Assembly (NCBI GenBank): GCA_964658305.1
Contig: OZ210885.1
Location: 13,640,001-13,704,000, forward strand
Length of the DNA stretch: 64,000 nucleotides
Reading direction: 5' to 3'
From: Leptogorgia sarmentosa
Taxonomy: Eukaryota
The notes below the pieces were generated by a model, which had not been told where the DNA came from, ran no database searches, and saw nothing but the letters and a program-made list of their open reading frames with translations. The position numbers and the translations under genes are program-made. Of this stretch, positions 24,601 through 36,600 are shown one piece after another. Each line of letters opens with the position of its first letter. Position 1 is the first letter of the stretch.

Positions 24601-27600
24601 AAGTTAAAGGCGAGCTAGGAGGTCATGATCGTTCTCTTCACTTTGCATCGGGGTCTATCGGTGGGTCTGTGAAGCTTTGGAATGTTGACGAAAACGTGCC
24701 GACGTTAATGTGGTCACATGATAACATTTGTTCTTATTCCATTACCGCGTTAGAACTCGTGCCCTGCTCGGATGATATCATAATTGCTTCTGGCGTCCGG
24801 GTATGTATATCATTTTCCAAACGAGATTGTAAAACGTCATTTTTGGCCGTGTTACTTCTTGTATAGGTTGAGCTGCAATTCAAATTTCGTGATGTCTCTT
24901 TACCGAACAAGATTGTCAAACGTTATTTTAAGGGCTTAATACTTGTTGTAGTTGAGCTGCACTTCAAATTTCATTTCTTGCAGTACATGAAAAATAACAC
25001 ATACCATGCTCATCAGTTGTGAAGCGCTTCTAGAGTGAATTAACTTTGTTCCAAGCATTATCTTAGAAATCGGGAGACAAATTTGGTAGAAAGCCCCTAG
25101 TTCAGCCATTGCAATTGACTGGAAGAACACAACAAAATGAATGGTGGTGTTGAAGTCGTGTGCATGTTTGTTTTTTCGCTGATCGATGTTTTGTGCACTG
25201 TGGATAACGTAAAAAAAAAGAAAAAACATGGTGTGCATGTCATTGTTCCCGATTCCATGGCGAGAATCGCATTAAGATTAGATCTTTCCGTATGGTTAAG
25301 CACGCTACCTGAGCGTGACTATTATGAGCGAATAGTCAACTCGGACCAATTGTGAAATATTCCCTGAACTAATAAAAGCGCGAAAAATTTCTGAAAACAC
25401 GCGTTCAGTTAGCCTAGGTAGTTTAATATACTCTGCAGTCTCGTACATCTGCATGGACTACATTTATTCAAAAATAGGTGCACAAGTGTACATGTATTGG
25501 GGCCGAACTACCAGCGCAGTGATACAAACTTGTCAATGCGCGACTTGTTGGATCTGTCCCGAATATGGGTCTCCTGGCATGTATAAAATTGTATTCCGCC
25601 AGCAATTACCGCGACTGTTTTTCCGAAAGTACTGATTTCTGAAACGCGAGGTTGGGCGTTGAAGACTTGATATAAGCTTTCATAAATATATCGCATTCCA
25701 AATATCAAATTGCAATGGAATTCAACTGGGCGACATACGATATGGCATATTTTAAATACCTCCTTCAAATTTATTGATGTTGTCGCGTCTTGCGATTGCT
25801 TTTCGAAATATGTGGCTTTCTTTTGACCAAGTTTACCCTTTGATAAAACCACTTACATACAACATATTCTGTCCATGTCTTTAAATTGTCAATGTCGTTT
25901 TGAATTGCAATTGCGCACTTACTGAGATGTGGAATATCAAAATTGATTGCCTAAACATTCGTTCTTGTAGACTACACTTTGCAATGTATCGGTACAAACA
26001 TTGCAACGTTGTTGGCGCGAAAACAATATTTTACGACTCTTTATTATACAGTCGCAAATATTAATAACCCCCAGTCAGTAGAACTGATTATTTCAAAATT
26101 AAAAATTTCAGCTAATTAGATCATATCGAAATTTAAAGATAACCTGTGGATCATTTTACTTTTTTCTGTACTATTTTCATTTTTTCGTCAAAAGCATGTT
26201 CTTTTTTTTATTAAACTACAATGAAGATTGGTTCGCGGCTCTTGCACTAACGTCGCCATTTTAAAAACTCAAATTTATTGCCGGGAAACGATCACATGAT
26301 CGATATCTTCACAAATGAAGAAATAGAAAATATCTCACTCTTATACCGTGTGTTTTTTGGTATCTAACTTTGGTATCTCTGTTATAAAACTACTCGACTT
26401 GGACAAACAGCAACTATAGAGCTATAGCTAGATAGTATGAAATGTATTTTCGGCTTAAAAATCATTGAATCAAGTTTCAAAATATCTTGATTTTCTGTAT
26501 CATGGTTTCATATGGTCATGTAGTTTTATTACTATATCATATTTTTGTAATAATCGCAATCTTTTGTGTTAGGGTTTTGCTTGCATCGCTTTGAGCGTAA
26601 AAAAGTAAAGAACGTAAATAGTGTTCAGTGCTGTACAATATGCAAAATGTCCCCAGCCTGAAGCTGATATTGATTTCAAATTCCCCAGTTGAAGCAATAT
26701 ACCTTTCCCATCCGTACAAGTCTGTCTGAGATTTCTATGTGGAGTTTATATTCATGAGTACATTAATCACTGATATTGTCAACATCAAGATGACCCCAAT
26801 ACACGGAAAAGGACTGAGACTAGTTGTCAAATTCAAATCCATTTTTCGATTGAAATCTCGCATAATATAATCTATTTCATTTCCATATTTTTGTCAGGGC
26901 TAAAGTTCTCATAACCAAACATAATTACAAAATTTCAACTAGTTTAATACAGAATAACAAAAGATATAATTGAGTGAATATGGCATAATGGATTTCCGTC
27001 CGGACAGCATTCTAAAACTCACACCTTTGTCACAAGTTCAATAAAAATTGATATGTTACTTAGAATTAACCTATCATTACATTATAGAAACAACGCCTTA
27101 TGCATGACCTGTGTGTTCGGAATCAATTTCATGCAATAAATGTAGCACTAAAAGCCACCAAGCACTTATAGTCAAATTACTGGAATATTATAAACTGCTT
27201 TAAACCTACAAAAATTTCAACCATCTGCAAGTTTGACAAAGAAATAATTCTTACAAAAAGAAAATAAATCTTGTATAACGTAAAGTTTGATCCACAAGCA
27301 GGAAAAACGGCGCGCATGCCTTCCCGAACTATTTTTAAAAACAAAGTAAGTGACAGATAAGAAGATATCACTGAATAAACAAAAATATTTATATAATAAT
27401 AATAATAATAATGACTTTATTTACCCACGGTACTATTTCACAATAAAGTTAAAAACTATTTACAAAATGAGAAGTGATCTTCCAATAGGCCGTGCACATG
27501 CACATTACAAAAAAAATAAATACTTATATTAATAATATAACAAAAGTAAGCGTTAAAAATATCATACTGTATTACTTAATACTAAACTTCTTTTAAATGT

Positions 27601-30600
27601 TGCGTATTGATTCAAGCTTTTTAAATGGTTAGGTAATTTGTTCCAAGCCACAGCACCTCTATATGAAAATGATTTTTTACAAAAGTTCGTGTTTGGTTTT
27701 TGGGGCACAAAATTAAATTCGGCCTGTCTGGTTTGATAACCATGTGTTGAACTTGTTTTAGTAAACAGATCTACAAGATAGTCAGGTACCTCATTGCAAT
27801 TAACTTTGTACATTATATTACATAATTGATTTTGTCTTCTTACATTTAAATTTGGCAAGTGTAACTCATTAAGTATATCGACTGATCTGTAGTCATATCC
27901 CCGCTTTGTAATGATACGTACTGCTCTATTTTGTAACCGCTGCAATTTGTTTTGGAGGGTGATTCCCAGGCTCCCCCAAACTTGTGAGCAGTAGTCAAAG
28001 TGTGGTTGGACTAAAGTTTTATATGCAGTAACTAGAGTTTTTAAGTCTGTAAATTTCCTTAATCGTCTGAGGACATAAAGACCCTTGTTTACTTTTTTGG
28101 TTATAAGATCAACTTGCGAATGCCAGGTTAAAGTCTCATCGATCATCACACCCAGTGATTTAGTGGTGCTAACTCGCTTTATAGGCGTATTGCCAATCAC
28201 AATCCGAAGATCGGAGTCCCATTTTTTGAGATTCTGGTGGGAGCCAATAATCATATACTCAGTTTTACTTTTGTTTAAGCTTAATTTATTGGCTGCCATC
28301 CAATCTGAGATGTTTGTTAAATCACAGTTTAATGTTGCAATAATTGATTTCGGGTCTTTACCAGCAACTCCTATTTGGGTGTCGTCTGCAAACATGTCAC
28401 AGTCCGCATTTTTCAAACTGCTAGGAAGATCGTTAACATATATAAGAAATAGTAAGGGACCAAGAATTGAGCCCTGTGGAATGCCAGTAATCGTTGCACG
28501 TGGTCCAGACAATTTACTATTAATTTGGCAATATTGGGTACGGTTAGACAAATACGATTTAAACCAGTCATAAGCTTTACCTTTCACGCCATATAGGTGT
28601 AGCTTACTTAATAAAATGTCGTGATCATGCAATGTTGTGAACGGTTAATTTGTCGCCGCTATTTTTGTCATAGCGAACAATATGTCAGACATGCGCAAAC
28701 GAGACGCTTTTTGTTGTTTTCATGAATCGAATCGAAAAACACGTTTATAACGACTTTCAACTTATATTTTATAGTTTATAGTTTAGAAATAAAGTTTATT
28801 TTACATTTAACTGCGACGTGCAGTACATGGCGCCCAACGTGGGGCATTTTAACCGAAGAAACAACGTTTAATTTATAATTTACGACGAAATATGAGCGAG
28901 ACCATTGAGCGAAAACGTGCAATTCGCTCTGCGAATCGAGGTGTCCTTACGAGGTATATGAAAGAATCGATAGAGCATATGAATGGAGACATAGATCAAT
29001 CTAAACTAGATCGTTTAACAACGCTGGACAAGCTCCTCAACGAAAAATTAGCTTTAGTAAAAAAGCTTGACGACGAAATTCTAGCAGAATGCGACATAAA
29101 AGACATCGAAAGAGATATCGAAGAATCTGAGGAAATAACGTCGAGAGTTTACGAAATCAAGAATGAAATCGAGAAATTTTGTGCAAAAAAACACCAAGTA
29201 CAATCTATACCTGTGGCACATCAAAACACGACGATTAGTGAGCCTTTGAACAGTCAGCCGTCGTTGGCGGAAATTTCGACCGAATCTGTTAGTGGACACT
29301 TAAACCAAGAATCATATCAAGTATCTATGGCCCAATATGTACCCAAAACCCGATTGCCAAAATTATCCTTGTTGAAATTCAATGGTGAAATAACTAAGTT
29401 TCGCACTTTCCGGGATAGTTTTCAGAGTGCTGTTGATAACAATCCAAACCTGACTCCTATTGACAAATTCAATTATTTATATTCACTGCTAGAAGGTCCT
29501 GGTTTGCAAGCAATACAAGGACTGACCATCACGGAAGAAAACTACAAATCAGCTGTCGAAATACTCCACAATCGATTTGGCAAAACCCAACAAGTTATAG
29601 CAGCCCATATGGACAAGTTGTTGAAATTGCCCTCTTCCAGTGGAGGCACAGCATCAAGTCTGAGATTAATCTACGATAAGGTCAGTGTAAATGTTAGGGG
29701 GCTAGAAGCTATTGGAGTCAAGGCAGAACAGTATGGAAGTTTGCTTATCCCGGTTATAATGTCAAAGTTGCCATCTGATGTTAGAATCCAAATCGCCCGA
29801 AATACTACGAAAGATGTGTGGGATATTCGAGAGCTCCTAGATGTCATTCAGAAGGAAGTGGAAGCACGAGAAGTGTGTGAGAATATCAAAACCCACTCTG
29901 ACAATCAGAACAAAAAACCTAATGCCCCAGCCCCTCGAGGTCTGGGATCGGCTTCAGCTCTACTTGCCTCGGGATCTGGTGTGACAAATCAATTTTCCAT
30001 TCGATGTGCATTTTGCCAAAAACCTCATTACTCAGCTTCGTGTGAAGATGTTTGTGATGTCAACAAAAGAAAAGAAATTCTTAAACGAGATGGTCGCTGT
30101 TTTGTCTGCTTGCGTAAGGGACACATAATGAAACAATGTGACAAAAGATGTAGAAAGTGTCAAGGGCTTCACCATCAATCAATATGCAAAGGTCAAGATC
30201 ATCCAAAGGAACTTTCGAAGAAACAAGAGATTCCCAAGAGCCCTGTCAAAGCAGACCCAGTCGGACCAACAGTGGCGACATCAACAGTAAACCAGCATTC
30301 AACAACTCATGGGAAGAAGGTGCTCCTACAGACTGCAACGACGTTTGCCTTTAATCATGACGAAAGCGAACTTGTTCCTGTTAGAATATTACTCGATAGC
30401 GGTAGCCAGCGCTCGTATGTTACCGAACAATTGAAGGAGAAACTTGGCTTGGACAGTTTGCGAACAGAGACCCTAAACCTTAATACATTTGGAGACGATC
30501 GAGTAACCAAGCAACGCTGCCATGAAGTAAAGATAAAGCTTGAAGCACGACCCGAAAACTTTGAAATCTCTGCTCTTACCTTTTCCAAGATATGCTCGCC

Positions 30601-33600
30601 CCTCTCGATGAAGTTAGATGTGGAAGCCCATCCACATTTACGTGGCTTACAGCTTGCAGATTCCAGTCTTACTAAGGATGTTCCAACAAATATTGACATT
30701 TTGATTGGGTCTGATCACTATTTCGATGTTGTCACGGATGAAATTCGTCGAGGCCAAAGAGGTCCAGTAGCTATCAACACTATCTTTGGTTGGGTAATCT
30801 CTGGTCCAACACAGAATGCAGACAAAGATAATTCATCATCTACCAATCTCATCATTCTGCGAGAAAATTCGGATCCAATGAAGAATAGTTTTGCTTTTGG
30901 AGACAAGAATCAAGACTTAACAAACGAACTGCGTAGATTTTGGGACACTGAATCTCTTGGGATCCAGGACGAGAAGACGGGGAATGATAATTTCCTCAAC
31001 GAGTTAATATACCACAACGATGAGAAACGCTACGAAGTAAACCTGCCATGGAAATCCGAATCTCATCCTGCATGAAATGGATATATGTCGTGTGCGAATC
31101 GCCTGAGACAACTCCACAAGCGTCTTAAGAAAGATAAAGATCTGCTCCAAGAGTATGATAAGATTATTCAACAACAAATAACTTCTGGCATTATTGAACC
31201 AGTGCCTGAAGAGAATGATACTGACGAAGAAGCTTACTATTTACCACATCACGGTATCGTTCGGCAAGATAAAGAAACTACCAAGTTGCGTGTGGTATTT
31301 GATGGTTCAGCAAAACCCGATAACAGCAGTGTTTCCATCAACGACTGTCTAGAAAAAGGCCCCAACCTGGTTCCGTACCTGTTCGATGTGATAATCAATT
31401 TCAGAGGATACCCAATCGGCATGGTCGCAGACATTGAAAAGGCATTTCACCAAGTAAAGATTGCACCAGAAGATCGACGAATGGTGAGATTCCTATGGTT
31501 TGATGATCCAAGCAAAGAAAGACCCGAAATTCAAAAGTACCAATTCTGTCGATTAGTGTTTGGCCTAGTCTCAAGTCCTGCCATTCTAACATCCGTACTG
31601 CAGCATCATCTCACTGTGAATGAAGAAAGGGAACCCAAAATGGTGTCCTTGCTGCGGAAATCATTTTATGTAGATGACTTCGCTGGTGGTGCTTTCGACG
31701 ATAATGAAGCAGGTGAAGTCTACGAGAAATCCCAGACGTTAATGAGTTCGGGGGGTTTTACCTTACGAAAATGGCATACGAATTCCAAACACTTGCAAGA
31801 AAAGATAGCAACAGATAGAGCTGAAAACCAGTACGAAAGCAACGATAAAGCAAATAATATCCCCGGGAGTGATCAGGAATGCAAAACAAGAAACGACCCA
31901 GTAAAGGTTCTAGGAATACCCTGGAATGTTGACGAGGACACACTTTTCCATGACTATGTTAAATGGTCGAAAGATGCCACTACCCTACCTGCTACAAAGC
32001 GATCAGTCCTTCGGCTCTCTGCCAAAAATTTTCGACCCCATCGGACTGTTAACCCCATTCACAATTAAAATGAAAGTCTTCTTTCAAGAGTTATGCTTAG
32101 CAAAGGTGGATTGGGACGATGAGTTAAAGGGAGAGCTACTGGAAAAATGAAAAAAAGATTGGTACATAACTTAAACAGCTTGAAAGACATCAAAGTTCCG
32201 AGATGTTATTTCACAAAAAAGGAAGAGCCCCCTGTGAAGCACGAGTTACATGGATTCTCTGATGCATCCAACAAAGCATTTGCAGCAGTTGTTTATCTAC
32301 GGACAGAACACGCAAATGGCGATATTGAAATTAATCTAGTGGCGTCCAAGACACGAGTAGCTCCAATAAAGCGTCAGTCTATACCTCGTATAGAGTTGCT
32401 TGGAGCGACTATTTTAGTTAGACTTGTCAAATCTGTCAAAGAAGCGATGAGCTCTCTAAAAACGCCTCCTGAAGTGTTCTTGTGGAGCGATTCCTACACC
32501 GTCTTGTGTTGGATTCGTAATGACAAAACATGGAAGCCTTATGTTCAAAACAGAGTGAAGGAAATCAGGGAACTTTTCGACCGAGAGAAATGGAGATTTT
32601 GTCCGGGAGAGATCAATATAGCCGATCTACCCTCAAGAGGTTGTTCTGCAGAGGAACTAGTTAGAAACCATAGTTGGTGGAAAGGTCCCGAGTTTTTGAA
32701 TCATTCACCCGAGTACTGGCCTCAAGAGCCACAACAAAGCTACATCGATAACGAGGAGAAAGCATTAGCTGAAATCAAGAAGACCTCACTAACCATCGTG
32801 TACTCAATGGCGAATCCATCAATCAACAACGATCATGAAAGTTTTGATATCGGCGATATAATAGACATCAATCGATATAGCACTAAATTGAAACTGTTAC
32901 GAGTAACAGCAACGGTAATAAGGTATGTGAAAAGATGGAGAAACCCTCGACACAAATTCGAAAGTGCTGAGTTGACGGCGCAAGAATTACAGGAAGCCGA
33001 AATACGATGGATCCAGACCGTTCAAGAACACGAATTTCAACACGAGTTAAGTTACCTTAAAGGAGTGTCAAAAACTCCGACACCCGTGGTCTCTCAATTG
33101 GGTTTGTTCCGCGACGACGATGGGTTAATACGATGTGACGGAAGGATTGGAAATTCGTCTCAACAAAAGGAATCCAAACAGCCGATTCTCCTTCCAGCAA
33201 CACATTACTTCACAGAGCTACTTATCAAAGAGCAGCACGAAGTTGTACACCACAATGGCATTCGAGACACTCTCAACTCGATTCGTCAGAAATATTGGAT
33301 CCAACGAGGTAGAGAAGCAGTGAAGCGAATAGTAAGAAGATGTGTCGTGTGCAGAAAGATCGAAGCGAAACCTTTCCCAACACCGAAAGCTCCGCAGCTC
33401 CCAGCGTGTCGAGTAAGCGAAGAACCACCCTTCTCTAATACCGGTATAGATTTCGCTGGTCCAGTTTACGTAAAAAAATCGTCTGGAGTAATTAACAGCA
33501 ACGACCAGGACAAAGCATACATAGCGCTCTTTACCTGTGCATCTACGAGGGCTATGCATTTAGAACTAGTAGAAAACATGTCAGCAGCTACCTTTCTTCA

Positions 33601-36600
33601 AGCGTTTAGACGTTTTTCAAGTCGTAGAGGACTACCAACGAAGGTCTTGACGGATAATGCAAAAACATTTAAGTCGGCATCAAAAGAAGTGAGGATGATT
33701 GGAGAATCGAAAGAAGTAAATCGTTATTTTGTCAATAGAAGAATAACATGGGAGTTTATTACTGAGAAAGCTCCATGGCACGGTGGATTCTGGGAGAGGA
33801 TGGTGCGAAGTGTTAAACGTTGTCTAAAGAAAGCTATCGGACGCGCTTCGTTATCTTTTGGAGAATTACGCACCCTACTAGTCGAGATTGAAAGCACCCT
33901 TAATAATAGACCGTTGACGTTTATGTATGATGACGAACAGGGAATATCGTACGCACTCACGCCATCGCATTTGATCTACGGACGACAAATTTCAAGCGCT
34001 CCAAATGACAAGCATTACGAGATTATTAGCACAAATCAGTCTCTCACCAAGCGAGCAAAGTACCATCAACGCGTTTTAAACCAGTTTATCAAACAATGGA
34101 GAACAGAATACTTGTTGAGTTTAAGAAAATCGTTCAAATCGATTCGACCAAACAGCAATGTGCAAATAGCAGTTGGAGATATGGTAATTTTACGGAATGA
34201 CAATACACGATGCACGTTTTGGAAATTGGCTAAAGTGGAAATGTTGCTTCCCAGTAGCGATGGTACAGTGCGGTCAGCTAAAGTTATGGTTAGCGGTGAA
34301 GGCGGTAAACGGATCACATTACGGCGACCAATACAGCATTTGATACCCCTCGAAGTAAAGGCAAGTGCGACGGTTGACAGCTGTGTCCAGAGCCGTGCGG
34401 ACCAGCAGAACACAGAAATAAAAGATAACAACCAACTACAAAGACGGACACCGAGACGTAAGGCAGCGGTAGTTGGCGAAATCGCAAGAAGACAACTTAG
34501 TTCGTGATGGACGGACACGTACATTGATTAACGTTAACATTAATTTAGTATTAGTTTAGTTGATCAATTTTATTGATCAAACCCGGGAGTGTTGTGAACG
34601 GTTAATTTGTCGCCGCTATTTTTGTCATAGCGAACAATATGTCAGACATGCGCAAACGAGACGCTTTTTGTTGTTTTCATGAATCGAATCGAAAAACACG
34701 TTTATAACGACTTTCAACTTATATTTTATAGTTTATAGTTTAGAAATAAAGTTTATTTTACATTTAACTGCGACGTGCAGTACATGCAACAGTATCAAAA
34801 GCCTTTTTTAGGTCTAGGAATACAGCTCCATTCATTAGGCCTTCATCCATATTTTGATACCATTGATTTGTCATTTTTAGTAATGCATTGACAGTGGAGT
34901 GAAGAGGTCTAAAGCCATGTTGTGTACTTGTTAGAATATTATACTGTAGCAAATATGAATAAAGTTGGTTATGTACAAGCTTCTCCATTGTTTTGGCAAT
35001 TACCGAAATAACCGATATAGGCCGATAATTGTCCATATCGGATTTAATACCGTTTTTGTAAATTGGAGTTACTCTAGCAACTTTCCAGGAACATGGAAAT
35101 ATACCAGTTGATATGGACCTGTTAAAGATTGCTGTAAGAGATTTGGTTATGTAAGGAGCAGCCAATTTAATAAGCTTTGCTGGTAGTTTATCCAAACCTG
35201 ATGCTTTAGTAGTTGATAATGTTGACAATAATTCGTAGACTTCCTGTTCTGTTATATCACAAAAAGCAAATTTCTGTGTAGCTTCGGTGATATAACTCTC
35301 TGGTGGAATAGAACATGCAGGAATATTTTGGGATAGTATATAGCCCAAATCTGTGATGTGGTTATTAAAAGCATCAGGTATATCATTTATATCGATTGTT
35401 TTACCGTTTTTATCGCAAATTTCGTTCACGTTTGTAGATTTTTTTGATTTATTAATCAAATTATTAATCGTTTTCCAAGTATTTTTTGCATTTCCTTCGT
35501 TTTTACAGATCTCTCCAGTATAGTATTTAGAAATGGACGCCTTAATCAACTTATTATATGAATTTCGTGCTATTTTGAAGTCTTGCCAATTCCTTTCGGT
35601 CTTACTTTTAGATGCCTTTTTCTTTAAAAGGTTCTTTTGTCTCTTAGAAAAAAGTATATGCTTAGTTATCCAAGGTGTACATTTTTTCCCAATTTTACGA
35701 GTTTTGAGTGGTGCATGTTTATCAATAATTTCCGTAAATTTGTTTTTCCAAACATACCACATTTGGTTAGGATCCCGGTAACATTCCACATTAAGAACGC
35801 TTAGCGATGATATGTCGTGAAGGAAATTATCTTCATTGAAATGTTTGAAATCCCGGAATTCAATAACATGTTCACCGCCTTTCAGTGATGGAAATTTTCT
35901 TATACCGTATATTAGATAGTGGTCACTGATTGAAATTTTAGAAACACCTGCTGCAACAATATTTTCCTTTTTGTTAGAATAGAAATGGTCTATTAAAGTT
36001 TTTGAGTGGATAGTTTCTCTCGTGGGATCATTAATCAATTGTTTGTATTGATATAGGCTTGTGATGAAATTAAGTTCATTCGTAGTATGATCCCTACGAT
36101 TATTTTCAAGGATATCACAATTCACATCACCCAAAATAATGCTCTCTTTGTCTTCCATATCAATTAGCCGCAGAATTATTTCAAATTTTGTTAACAAATC
36201 GATAGGAGAGTTAGGAGGTCGATACCATGTCGAGACTAAAAAAGGTTTAGTTTTATATTTGTTAATTTCAATAGTAACCATTTCGATGTCTTGGTTATTT
36301 AGATCAAATCTGGTGCGGTAATTTATAGTATTTCTTATGAAGAAACCAACACCACCACCAGACCTGTTTCTATTTCTAGAGACCCAGGTGTACCCTTCAA
36401 GGGAAATTAAGTCTTGGGGTACATCTGAGTCAAGTTTAGTTTCGTTGATCGCTAGGATTTCGTGATTTATATTTGAGATTTATATATATATATATGTTTG
36501 TTGAAATACCACTCGTGCTTCAGTAATTTAGCAGGATAATTTTACGAAACATAACTGCTCAATGCTGATACGATAATTGCCCGGAAACGCCATACTTCAT

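Larger units (their letters stand above)
28633..34784 (+). mobile_element. Full-length BEL/Pao LTR retrotransposon
   Basis: TG...CA 195-bp LTRs, 5-bp TSD TGCAA (28628-28632, 34785-34789), PBS, and domain order gag-PR-RT-RH-IN. Confidence 0.96.
27395..36464 (-). mobile_element. 5'-truncated CR1/L2-clade LINE (APE + RT), interrupted by an LTR retrotransposon
   Basis: APE motifs (ILAINETKLD, GGGVG, YRPP, LGDVN, LIDH, SDHY); RT motifs (NYRPIS, QHGFR, LDLKKAFDTV, GIPQGSILGPLLF, FADDT); AATAAA plus (ATT)n tail at about 27395-27420; candidate TSD ATTTATAT at 27387-27394 and 36465-36472. Confidence 0.92.

Noticed and set aside
28085..28573. 162-aa + strand ORF, and similar antisense ORFs over the LINE and BEL/Pao
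   Set aside because: Antisense shadows of transposon coding sequence with no motifs of their own
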